Shown here one piece after another: positions 49,650 through 57,597 of a DNA stretch of 64,000 nt. Position numbers and translations under genes: made by a program. The stretch is taken from the NCBI GenBank assembly GCA_017428525.1, contig JAFRQQ010000020.1, forward strand, positions 59,535-123,534. Direction: 5' to 3'. Position 1 is the first letter of the stretch, and each line of letters opens with the position of its first letter. The notes under the pieces were generated by a model. That model was not told the DNA's origin and did not search any database. It saw nothing but the letters and a program-made list of their open reading frames with translations. This DNA is from Clostridia bacterium (lineage in GTDB: Bacteria > Bacillota > Clostridia > Oscillospirales > Acutalibacteraceae).

Positions 49650-51257
49650 ATGAAAAAACGCTTGATCGCCGCTGTGCTGGCGATTGCCGTTTTCTGTACG
49701 GCGTTCGCCCTGCCCGCCTTCGGCGCAACCGACGAAACCTCGCCGTTTGAGCGCAAGCTTTATCCCGCGCTGGACAAGCTGATTTACGGGCTCGTGGACG
49801 GCATCGCCGCCATGATCGTCACCCCGCGCAGCTGGGTGAACGCTTCGGATTACAGCAACGACGCCTTCCTGCCCGGCCTTGACGCAGCGGACTTCCTCGA
49901 CGCGCCCGCGGAGAACGCGCAGTGGTCGCTCGGCTATGCGAACGCCTCCATCCAGACCGGCAAGGAGCTCACGGAAGAGCATTATGTCGGCGGCAGCCTG
50001 AAAGTGTCCAAGAAGCTCGTCACCGAAGTGCGCGACGATCAGAAGGTGCGCACCGTCGCCGTTTCGGACGGGCGCGGCATTTCCGTTTTCGCCTGCGTGG
50101 ACAGCTTCGGCATGCCCGGCACGGCGGTGGATGAGATCCGCACGCGCTTTGAGAAAATCGCTGCGGAAAAGGGCTATGACATCACCGCCGTCAACGTCTC
50201 CGCACTGCATCAGCATTCGTGCGTTGACACCTTCGGCATGAACGGCGATATTGTCAGCGCGCTGTTTACCTCCTCCTTCAAAAACCTGCTCGGGCAGCCG
50301 ATGTACGGCGGGCAGAATCCGGACTTCATGGAGAACCTCTATACCGTCGCCGTGCAGTCCATGGTGGACGCGGTCGAGGATATGCAGCCCGGCAAGCTCT
50401 ATTACGGCGCTGTGAACGCGCGGGACTATATGCGCGACAAGCGCGACCCGCAGGTCGTCGACCCGAATCTGAACCGGCTGCGCTTCGTGCCGGATGACGC
50501 CGACGCGCGTGAAACCTGGATCGTCAACGCCGGCATCCACTGCGTGGGCATGGGCGCGGGCGGCACGGTCGTGACCGGCGACTACCCCTATTTTATGGAA
50601 GAGTATCTGAACGACAACGCGAACGCCAATCTGTTCTATATCCTCGGCGCGCAGCTGGCCATCACCAGCACGAGCGACGCCATCACGGAGACAGACGAGG
50701 CGCTCGCGGCGGAATATGACGAAAGCTACGCGCGGCTTGCCGTTTACGGCCGGACGCTTGCGCGCCTGCTCTGCTCGATCACGGAGGAATCCGAGGTTGC
50801 GCCGATCCTGAATATCCGCTTCACGCAGGCCCGCGTGGACGTGGAAAACAGCATCCTGAAGCTGGCCGGCAAGGGCGGTCTGCTGAAAAACCGCGTGATC
50901 CGCTCCGGCATCGGCAAGTATCAGGTGGCAACGGAGGTCGGCTATGCGGAATTCGGCACGGATCTCGCAATCGCGCTCATGCCCGGCGAGCTGGCGCCGG
51001 AGATTGCCTTCGGCGGCGCGGACACGGCAGCTGAAAGCTGGACGGGCACGGAATGGGCCTATGCGCCTCTGGCCGAGCGCGTCGACGGCCGGAAGCTACT
51101 GGTCTTCGGTCTGACCAACGATCAGGTCGGCTATCTGCTGCCCGACAACGAGTGGCATTCCTTCCTGACAGAAAATGAAGAAATCGTCTCCTGCGGCAAG
51201 CAGGCCGGCGCAACGATCACGGCCGCCTTCTTCAGCCTGCTGGAGGAAATCAACTGA
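49650..51257 (+). CDS. Secreted protein with neutral/alkaline ceramidase-like fold
   Basis: Signal peptide; RTVAVSDG, ACVDSFG, SALHQHSCVDT (cf. THTHSGP), GIHC, TGDYP, PGELAPE, GLTNDQVGY. Confidence 0.6.
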   Translation: MKKRLIAAVLAIAVFCTAFALPAFGATDETSPFERKLYPALDKLIYGLVDGIAAMIVTPRSWVNASDYSNDAFLPGLDAADFLDAPAENAQWSLGYANASIQTGKELTEEHYVGGSLKVSKKLVTEVRDDQKVRTVAVSDGRGISVFACVDSFGMPGTAVDEIRTRFEKIAAEKGYDITAVNVSALHQHSCVDTFGMNGDIVSALFTSSFKNLLGQPMYGGQNPDFMENLYTVAVQSMVDAVEDMQPGKLYYGAVNARDYMRDKRDPQVVDPNLNRLRFVPDDADARETWIVNAGIHCVGMGAGGTVVTGDYPYFMEEYLNDNANANLFYILGAQLAITSTSDAITETDEALAAEYDESYARLAVYGRTLARLLCSITEESEVAPILNIRFTQARVDVENSILKLAGKGGLLKNRVIRSGIGKYQVATEVGYAEFGTDLAIALMPGELAPEIAFGGADTAAESWTGTEWAYAPLAERVDGRKLLVFGLTNDQVGYLLPDNEWHSFLTENEEIVSCGKQAGATITAAFFSLLEEIN

Positions 51258-51275
51258 TCAACGGACGGTGAACCT

Positions 51276-52478
51276 ATGGGCAGAATCAAAAATGCCTTCA
51301 AAGAAACGGACTTTCTCCTCTATCTTCTCTGCATCCTGACCTCCGCCTTCGGCGCGCTGATGGTTTACAGCGCCACGCGCAACGACGCCATCGCCGCCGG
51401 AGAGCCGATGGGCCGGGAATGCCTGATTATGATCCTCGCGGCCGGCGTCGGCATCGTGGCCTGCCTCGTGATCTCCTTCTTTGATTATACCGCCGTTGTC
51501 CGGATGTGGCCGATCATCGGCGGCGTGTGCCTGCTGCTGCTCGGGCTGCTCTTTATTTTCGGTGAAGGTCCCTCCGACCGGCCGAACGCCCGCTGCTGGC
51601 TGCCGGTCATCAAATCCAGCGCGATCACCGTGTATTTCCAGCCGTCGGAGCTGGCAAAGATCGGCTTTCTCGTTACCTTCACGGCGCATATCAACGCGGT
51701 AAAAAACGACATCAACCGCGTGCGCAACATCCTGCTGCTTACGCTCCATGTGCTCGTGCCCATGGGCATCATCATCCTGACCGACGACCTCGGCTCCGCG
51801 CTGATCTTCGGCTTCATGTTCATCGGCATGATGTTCGTTTCGGGCGTCAAGCTCCGGTATTTCGCCATCGCCATCGGCTCCATCCTCGCGCTCGCGCCCC
51901 TGCTGTGGGTCAAATTCCTCTCCAATTTCCACCGGCAGCGCATCCTGGCGATTTATTACCCCTCCGCGCTGAATGAAACCGTATATAAAAACATTATTTA
52001 TCAGCAGCAGCGCGCGCTCAACGCCATCGGCTCGGGCCGGCTGTTCGGCGACGGGCTGTTTCAGGGCACATATACGCAGTCCGCGACGGGCGTGCCGGTC
52101 AATGAAAGCGACATGGTGTTTTCCGTTGTGGGCGAGGAGCTGGGCTTTGTCGGCTGCTTCCTGCTGCTGGCCGTGCTCGCGCTGATCCTGCTGCGCATCA
52201 CCTCCAACGGCAAGAAATCCCGGAATCTCACCGGCAGTCTGCTCTGCTACGGCACGGCGTTTATGATCGGCTCGCAGATCATCATCAACATCGGCATGTG
52301 CCTGATGCTGCTGCCGAGCGTCGGCATCACGCTGCCCTTCATCAGCGCCGGCGGATCCTCCAACCTGTGCATTTATCTGGCGATCGGTCTGGTGATGAGC
52401 GTTTACCGCTTCAACTGCGACCGCGAGCCGACGAATTTCCGCCTGACGCACATGAGCACCCCGTTTGCCGAAACTTAA
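51276..52478 (+). CDS. SEDS family protein (RodA/FtsW/SpoVE)
   Basis: FQPSELAKI, DDLGSA, YQQQRALNAIGSG, ESDMVFSVVGEELG, GITLPFISAGGSS. Confidence 0.92.
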   Translation: MGRIKNAFKETDFLLYLLCILTSAFGALMVYSATRNDAIAAGEPMGRECLIMILAAGVGIVACLVISFFDYTAVVRMWPIIGGVCLLLLGLLFIFGEGPSDRPNARCWLPVIKSSAITVYFQPSELAKIGFLVTFTAHINAVKNDINRVRNILLLTLHVLVPMGIIILTDDLGSALIFGFMFIGMMFVSGVKLRYFAIAIGSILALAPLLWVKFLSNFHRQRILAIYYPSALNETVYKNIIYQQQRALNAIGSGRLFGDGLFQGTYTQSATGVPVNESDMVFSVVGEELGFVGCFLLLAVLALILLRITSNGKKSRNLTGSLLCYGTAFMIGSQIIINIGMCLMLLPSVGITLPFISAGGSSNLCIYLAIGLVMSVYRFNCDREPTNFRLTHMSTPFAET

Positions 52479-52494
52479 AAACAGAAACAGAAAG

Positions 52495-52539
52495 ACCGCC
52501 GGATACGCTGCCAGCTTGACAGCTCTCCGGCGGTTTTTT
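52495..52539 (+). terminator. Rho-independent terminator between convergent genes
   Basis: accgccgga..tccggcggt stem followed by a T-run. Confidence 0.7.
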
Positions 52540-52553
52540 GCGTGATTTTTAAA

Positions 52554-52979
52554 TTACAAACTGATCAGCAGCAGGCCGCCCGCGCACGCCGCGATGCCGC
52601 ACAGCTGACGAATCGTGATCTGCTCTTTGTAAAAGACTGCCGCAACGATCACCAGGATCACAGCCAGCGAGATATTCGCCGTGACGGAGACCGTATTCAT
52701 CTGCCAGCCGTTGCGGTAGGCCAGAATGTAGCCGATTTCCAGCCCGATGATCACGAGCCCGAGCGCGAACGACGACCAGTTTGCTTTTGCCAGCTCCGCG
52801 GGCAGATTCTTCTGCTTTGCCGTGATGAAAAACGCGCAGAGGCTGACCAGCGCCGCGACGCCGTAGGTCAGAAACAGCGCGGCAAAGCCGTTGATCTCGC
52901 GCGGTGTGGATTTCGCGCAGATATTATAGAACGTATTGGACAGCACGATGATCAGGATCGGATACAACAGATTCCACAT
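52554..52979 (-). CDS. Small DMT/EamA family transporter
   Basis: 141 aa, about 4-5 TM helices, E in GLEIGYILAYRNGW, FYKEQIT. Confidence 0.8.
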   Translation of the reverse strand: MWNLLYPILIIVLSNTFYNICAKSTPREINGFAALFLTYGVAALVSLCAFFITAKQKNLPAELAKANWSSFALGLVIIGLEIGYILAYRNGWQMNTVSVTANISLAVILVIVAAVFYKEQITIRQLCGIAACAGGLLLISL

Positions 52980-52992
52980 GATATTCCTCCAT

Positions 52993-53027
52993 AAAAAACT
53001 ACCGCACAAGTCAGCCTTGTGCGGTAG
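52993..53027 (-). terminator. Rho-independent terminator after the cell-surface protein gene
   Basis: Perfect 12-bp stem ctaccgcacaag/cttgtgcggtag with T6 on the minus strand. Confidence 0.8.
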
Positions 53028-53070
53028 GTGCTCACCCGTTATGCAATTGGGTTTTGGTCAATCGAAGGAC

Positions 53071-53556
53071 TCAGATCTCTTCCTTCTTGGTCTTGATCAC
53101 AACAGCGGCGCCGGCTGCAAGCGCAAGCAGCGCAACAGCGGGAACGATCATGCTGCTGCCAGTGCCGGGGATGCGATTGACAACGGTCGAAGCCTTCTTG
53201 GTGGCCGCGGGAGCAGCCGTGGTGCCTTTGTTGCCGTTGGCAGCCGTCGTGGTGGCGTCGTCGCCTTCAATGATCGCCGGGTTCGCGGGATCCGTAGTGG
53301 AGCCGGGCTCCTCCGTGGTGGTCTCGCCGGAAGCGGTGGTCGATGCCGGAGCAGCGGTGGTCGTTGCAGGAGCTGCAGTGGTCGTTGCAGGAGCAGCAGT
53401 GGTCGTCGCCGGAGCAGCGGTCGTTGCCGGAGCAGCAGTCGTGGTAAGAGGATCTGCGGGAGTCGTCGGCGTCTCAGCAAACACGCTCATCGAAACCGTA
53501 AAAATAGCTGCAAGCGCAATCAGCAGAGCAAACACGAGAGAAACGGTCTTTTTCAT
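53071..53556 (-). CDS. Small Thr/Ala/Pro-rich surface protein with a sortase-type signal (IPGTG)
   Basis: Signal peptide to VFA, (T)TTAAPA repeats, IPGTG + hydrophobic helix + KTKK tail. Confidence 0.8.
   Translation of the reverse strand: MKKTVSLVFALLIALAAIFTVSMSVFAETPTTPADPLTTTAAPATTAAPATTTAAPATTTAAPATTTAAPASTTASGETTTEEPGSTTDPANPAIIEGDDATTTAANGNKGTTAAPAATKKASTVVNRIPGTGSSMIVPAVALLALAAGAAVVIKTKKEEI
53348..53445. repeat. Coding tandem repeat, about 5 copies of an 18-21 bp unit (TTTAAPA)
   Basis: ggagcagcggtggtcgttgca / ggagctgcagtggtcgttgca / ggagcagcagtggtcgtcgcc / ggagcagcggtcgttgcc / ggagcagcagtcgtggt. Confidence 0.9.
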
Positions 53557-53612
53557 TGTGATTACCATCCTTTTTCAAATTGATCGCCTGATGGGCGATT
53601 CTATACAGATAC

Positions 53613-53641
53613 ATTTTACTAGAAAGCCGCCGGTTTGTCAA
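53613..53641 (-). promoter_or_regulatory. Strong sigmaA promoter for the surface protein gene
   Basis: Minus strand TTGACA-N17-TAAAAT. Confidence 0.7.
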
Positions 53642-53719
53642 GTGTATTCGGGAGAGACGGCGGAAATTTATAAACTATTCACAGATTTTATGATTTAAAA
53701 AGGGAAATTTGCGTGAAAA

Positions 53720-53880
53720 CTGCGGACGGCGGGTTCATGCCGGAGCCTGCTGTGTCAAGCTCAGGCTCCGGCACCACCCCATCCTTTGTCCCTGAGGTTC
53801 TTCGCTTTCCTGCAAAAATGCAGGTTCCCCAAAGCAAAGAACCGTCCATATCATCAAAGCGGCAATCCGCTATGAATCCA
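53720..53880. ncRNA. Candidate structured non-coding RNA, family unassigned
   Basis: Several nested GC-rich helices in an intergenic spacer: gccggagcctg/caggctccggc, ggttcttcgcttt/aaagcaaagaacc, cctgca/tgcagg, ggacgg/ccgtcc. Confidence 0.35.
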
Positions 53881-53895
53881 TTGAAATCGCCGCGC

Positions 53896-55923
53896 TCAAA
53901 GCGTCACGGAGCCGATCAGTCTGCTGCCCGTGAGCTCAAACGCGCAGATCTTTTCGCCGGAGATCGTGTAGAACGCATCGCCGATCACGGCGCCGTAGAC
54001 TGCGGCGTCACCCAGATAATTCCGGGCGTGGTTGTAAGTGCCCTTCGGCTTGATCGCGCCGTCGGAGACGGTAAACAGCAGATAGCTGGAAACTTCCGCG
54101 CCGCTGGCTTCGTTCTGCGTGATGACCGGCAGGCCGAACAGCGCACGCTCCGGGATCACGGTCACGCGGGGGCTGCCGGCAGCGTCGGTCAGGATCTGCG
54201 CGCCGCTGAGCTGATAGGGCGTGCCGAAGGCGGGCGCGTCGGGATCGCTCAGATCGATGGGCGTGAGCACCGTCTCACCGGTTTTCGTCGCGTAGAAGCC
54301 GATCATCTGCGTCGGAGAAATCTCATAGGCCGTCTGCACATTCGCGGGCGTCTCCACACTGCCGGACTGCTTGAGATGCGCGGGATCGGTCAGATCAATG
54401 ACCGCAATCTTTTTCTCATTGATGAAATAGCAGCGGCTTGCGCCGAACCACGCGCGATCCGCGGGCTGACCGCCCGGCTGCACCTGCAGGCTGTCAACGC
54501 ATTCCATGCTGTCATTCAGGCAGTACAGCACGGAGCTGCCGTCCTGACAAGCGGCCGCATAAAGCTTGCCGCCGAGCGCGGCGGGCGCGGCGATCAGCCT
54601 GCCCTGCAGCACGAACGCACCGGTAAAACTGACGGCCCGGTCTGTGAGCACAAAGCGGTAAAGTGCCGTGCGCACCTGACCGTCGTTCTCCCCTGCCGCC
54701 TGCACAAAGCTGCGCGTGACGTAAAACGCGTTTTCGGCGGCCTGCACCTGACTGCCGCAGCCGAGCACCGCAAGCACGGAATCCGGCTTGAAGGGCGAAG
54801 CGAGCGCGGTTTCGGAGATGAACAGGTAGGACGCCTCCGGATCGTTGATCGCCATGCAGACGTCCTCTGCCTGCGGGCGGAAGACGTTGCCGTCCACCGT
54901 CAGCTGCGGCAGATCGCCGTTTTCGCCGGCGGAGAGATTGTTGAGGGCTTTGCAGGTGACCAGCCGGAGCTTGCCGCCCCGCAGGTCGGAGAATACATAG
55001 CTGCCTTCCTGCGCCGCCGCGCAAAGACGCACGGGCGACGTCGGGTCGCTGATATCGTAATAAACCGCAACGGTCTGCGTATGATCCACTGCCGCGTTTT
55101 CCGTGAGTGTGTAGGCATAACGGTGCAGCAGGGCGATCATCCGGTTGCCGCTGACAAACAGGTCGAAGCATTCCTCATCCGCGTCGCCGCTGCTGCCGTC
55201 CGTGAGCGTGACGGTCGCGGCCACCTGCATCTGATCGGCGGGCGCGGCGCTGATGATCCGGATCTGCTCGATCGGCATGCCGGTCGCGGGATTGATGCCG
55301 GGCGTGACGACATAGAGGTAATTTCCGCTGCTTTTCACGATGTCGGCCGCGGTCGTATCCGTGGGATTGACCGTCGCGGAGGACCCGGCGGACAGGCTTT
55401 CGGACGGGACCGCGACGAAGCCTTCAAGCAGCTTGAGCCCGGCGTCCAGCAGCGGAGAGATCACATTCTCGCCGCGCTTTACCGTCGGCGCAGGCGCGGT
55501 TTCCGCGCCGGGTTTCTTCGGATCGGGCGCAACAATCCCGGTCGCGCTTGTCGCCTGATCTTTGTTATTCAGAATGTCGCGCACGGCCTGATCGAGCTCC
55601 TCCGCGTTCTTGGCGTTCTTGATCAGCGGCGAATTGCCGGAGGATGCGTGGTTGATCTGCTGGACCGATTGCCCGCGATAAAGGAACGCGCCGGTGACGA
55701 TCAGCGCGATCATGGCGACCATCGCCAGCGCGCGGCGCACGGACGCCGTCCGGTCCGTATGCGGCAGACGGATCAGATTCGAATTCTCTGTTTGATTGTC
55801 CGCATCCTTGAGGATGTCGACAATTGCGTCGGGCTGCAGACGCGCCGGCACTTCCAGCTTTTCCAGATCGCTGTGCAGCAACGCTTCGATGCGCCTCTGC
55901 ATTTCCTGATCTTTCTGATTCAT
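53896..55923 (-). CDS. Putative anti-sigma factor with extracellular beta-propeller domain
   Basis: Short cytoplasmic N-terminus, TM helix ALAMVAMIALIVTGAFLY, ADIVKSSGNYLYVV motif of the secreted beta-propeller family; 2 bp downstream of an ECF sigma. Confidence 0.7.
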   Translation of the reverse strand: MNQKDQEMQRRIEALLHSDLEKLEVPARLQPDAIVDILKDADNQTENSNLIRLPHTDRTASVRRALAMVAMIALIVTGAFLYRGQSVQQINHASSGNSPLIKNAKNAEELDQAVRDILNNKDQATSATGIVAPDPKKPGAETAPAPTVKRGENVISPLLDAGLKLLEGFVAVPSESLSAGSSATVNPTDTTAADIVKSSGNYLYVVTPGINPATGMPIEQIRIISAAPADQMQVAATVTLTDGSSGDADEECFDLFVSGNRMIALLHRYAYTLTENAAVDHTQTVAVYYDISDPTSPVRLCAAAQEGSYVFSDLRGGKLRLVTCKALNNLSAGENGDLPQLTVDGNVFRPQAEDVCMAINDPEASYLFISETALASPFKPDSVLAVLGCGSQVQAAENAFYVTRSFVQAAGENDGQVRTALYRFVLTDRAVSFTGAFVLQGRLIAAPAALGGKLYAAACQDGSSVLYCLNDSMECVDSLQVQPGGQPADRAWFGASRCYFINEKKIAVIDLTDPAHLKQSGSVETPANVQTAYEISPTQMIGFYATKTGETVLTPIDLSDPDAPAFGTPYQLSGAQILTDAAGSPRVTVIPERALFGLPVITQNEASGAEVSSYLLFTVSDGAIKPKGTYNHARNYLGDAAVYGAVIGDAFYTISGEKICAFELTGSRLIGSVTL

Positions 55924-55925
55924 CT

Positions 55926-56471
55926 TCAGCCCTCCTCTCCGAATACATCGCCGCCCAGGGCGAAGCGTAATTTTTTGAATGCGCGCGCCTGCTTGGAGCG
56001 CACGGTCGTCGGCAGCAGACCGAGGATCGATGCGATCTCATGGCTCTTGTAGCCGCCGAACACATGGAGCAGAATGATCTCCCGCTCGTCGTTTGCAAGC
56101 CCAGCCAGCGCCATGCGCAGCTCCACCGACAAAGCGGCGTCATCGACAACGCCGACGGTATAATCCGTCTCCGGATCGTCGAGCGATACCGTCGCCGCGC
56201 TGCTGCGCGCCTGCGTATACTGGCGCTTGCAGCTCGCGGAAAGAATGCGGAACATCCAGCTTTTGAAGGCGTCCGCCTTTTTCAGCCCGCCGATCTGCTT
56301 GAACGCGGAAAGCACCGCGTCGGACACCGCGTCCTGCGCCCGGTCGTCATTGCCGACCATATAGCGCGCGTAGGCATACATTTCTTTATAATAGAAGCTG
56401 TACAAGCGGCCGAAGGCGTCAGCGTCGCCGCGCTGTGCCATGGCAACAAGCTCCGTGATTTGCGCGTCCAC
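55926..56471 (-). CDS. ECF RNA polymerase sigma factor
   Basis: GDADAFGRLY, AQDAVSDAVLSAF, FKSWMFRI, REIILLHVFGGYKSHEIASILG..TTVRSKQARA. Confidence 0.93.
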   Translation of the reverse strand: MDAQITELVAMAQRGDADAFGRLYSFYYKEMYAYARYMVGNDDRAQDAVSDAVLSAFKQIGGLKKADAFKSWMFRILSASCKRQYTQARSSAATVSLDDPETDYTVGVVDDAALSVELRMALAGLANDEREIILLHVFGGYKSHEIASILGLLPTTVRSKQARAFKKLRFALGGDVFGEEG

Positions 56472-56609
56472 CGCTTTTCCCCCTTCACCACTTCATGTAA
56501 TCAGTGTCTGCGAACGGTCAAACTGTTGCAGGAAATTCAGATTTTTTTATTTTTATGGAATCCGGTTATACTATACCATGCCGACGCATCCATGACAAGG
56601 AGGATTCCT

Positions 56610-57551
56610 GTGAAAAAACTGTTAACAATCACGCTCTGTCTGCTGGTTCTGTGCACCGGATGCACGGATACGATGCAAAAAAGCGCCGATCACGCGGCAA
56701 ATGCCCCGGTGACAGCGCAGGACGACCGCACGACGGCAGCGGCAGAATCTGCAACCGCGAAAACAGAACCCGCGACCTCACCCTATACGAAGCTGCCGCT
56801 GCTCACGGCGCGCACGGTCGAGCCCGGCGACCCGCAGAATACGGCCGGGCGCAAAACGCAGCGGCAGGAGCACAGCTTCGGCGTTTCCGACGGCAGCGCG
56901 CCGCACGAGATCTCGGTCGCCGCGCAGACCTATTTCAGCGAGCACGGCTTCCCCGCGATCGTCTATGACGCAAACGCAACGGAAAAAGTGCTGTACCTGA
57001 CCTTCGACTGCGGATGGGAAAACGGCTGCACGGGCGATATCCTCGACGTGCTGCGGGAAAAGAACGTGCCGGCCGCCTTTTTCTGCACGCTCGATCACAT
57101 CCGCTCGTCGCCGGAGCTGATTGCGCGCATGATCCGCGAGGGGCACATCGTGGGCAACCACTCCACGACGCATCCGGATTTTTCCACGCTCAGCCGCGCG
57201 CGCATGGCGCAGGAGCTGCTGACCTGCGAAAACGAGCTGCGCACGCAGTTCGGCTATTATTCGCCCTATTTCCGCTTCCCGATGGGCGCTTACAATGAGA
57301 ATGCGCTCGAGCTCGTCGGCGAGCTCGGCTACACGGCGGTTTTCTGGTCGGCGGCGTATGAAGACTGGGATACGGAGCAACAGCGCGGCGCGGACTATGC
57401 CTTTGACACCGTGACCGCCCGCCTGCATCCCGGCGCGATCCTGCTGCTGCATTCCGTTTCGACCGACAACGCGCTTGCGCTCGGGCGCATCATCGATCAC
57501 GCCCGCGCGCAGGGCTACGCCTTCCGCCCGCTGACCGCCTTCGGCAACTGA
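56610..57551 (+). CDS. pdaA: Polysaccharide deacetylase, PdaA-like lipoprotein
   Basis: GTG start after AGGAGG, lipobox LCTGC, YLTFDCGWENG, NHSTTHP, FRFPMG, EDW, LLLHS. Confidence 0.75.
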   Translation: MKKLLTITLCLLVLCTGCTDTMQKSADHAANAPVTAQDDRTTAAAESATAKTEPATSPYTKLPLLTARTVEPGDPQNTAGRKTQRQEHSFGVSDGSAPHEISVAAQTYFSEHGFPAIVYDANATEKVLYLTFDCGWENGCTGDILDVLREKNVPAAFFCTLDHIRSSPELIARMIREGHIVGNHSTTHPDFSTLSRARMAQELLTCENELRTQFGYYSPYFRFPMGAYNENALELVGELGYTAVFWSAAYEDWDTEQQRGADYAFDTVTARLHPGAILLLHSVSTDNALALGRIIDHARAQGYAFRPLTAFGN

Positions 57552-57556
57552 ACGCG

Positions 57557-57596
57557 CAAAGCCACCCTTCGGCAGAAGAGTGGCTTTCGTCATTTA
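57557..57596. terminator. Probable bidirectional terminator
   Basis: aaagccac-ccttcggcagaaga-gtggcttt inverted repeat between convergent genes. Confidence 0.6.
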
Positions 57597-57597
57597 T

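Noticed and set aside
46811-49756. Track ORF '46811..49756 + 981aa'
   Set aside because: The strand label is wrong: its N-terminus is the reverse complement of the 49650 gene start and its stop is TCA at 46811. It is a minus-strand frame; only 46811..47755 (spoIIGA) is a real gene and the rest is antisense shadow.
53348-53445. Tandem repeats as a possible CRISPR array
   Set aside because: There are no unique spacers and no cas genes; the repeats are in frame and encode TTTAAPA.
53695-53780. Partial likeness to a cobalamin riboswitch (AAAAGGGAA..GTGAAAA) or a TPP riboswitch (GGGGTG..CTGAG..TGAACC)
   Set aside because: Core motifs are missing (TCC/CCC..CTGTAA; CTGAGA/ACCTGA/GCG.AGG) and there is no suitably placed regulated gene. 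Kept only as an unassigned structured element.
56480-56580. ECF autoregulatory promoter (TGCAAC-N16-GACA) and a sigmaG-type promoter for pdaA
   Set aside because: The matches are too weak to call without the cognate consensus or start-site data.
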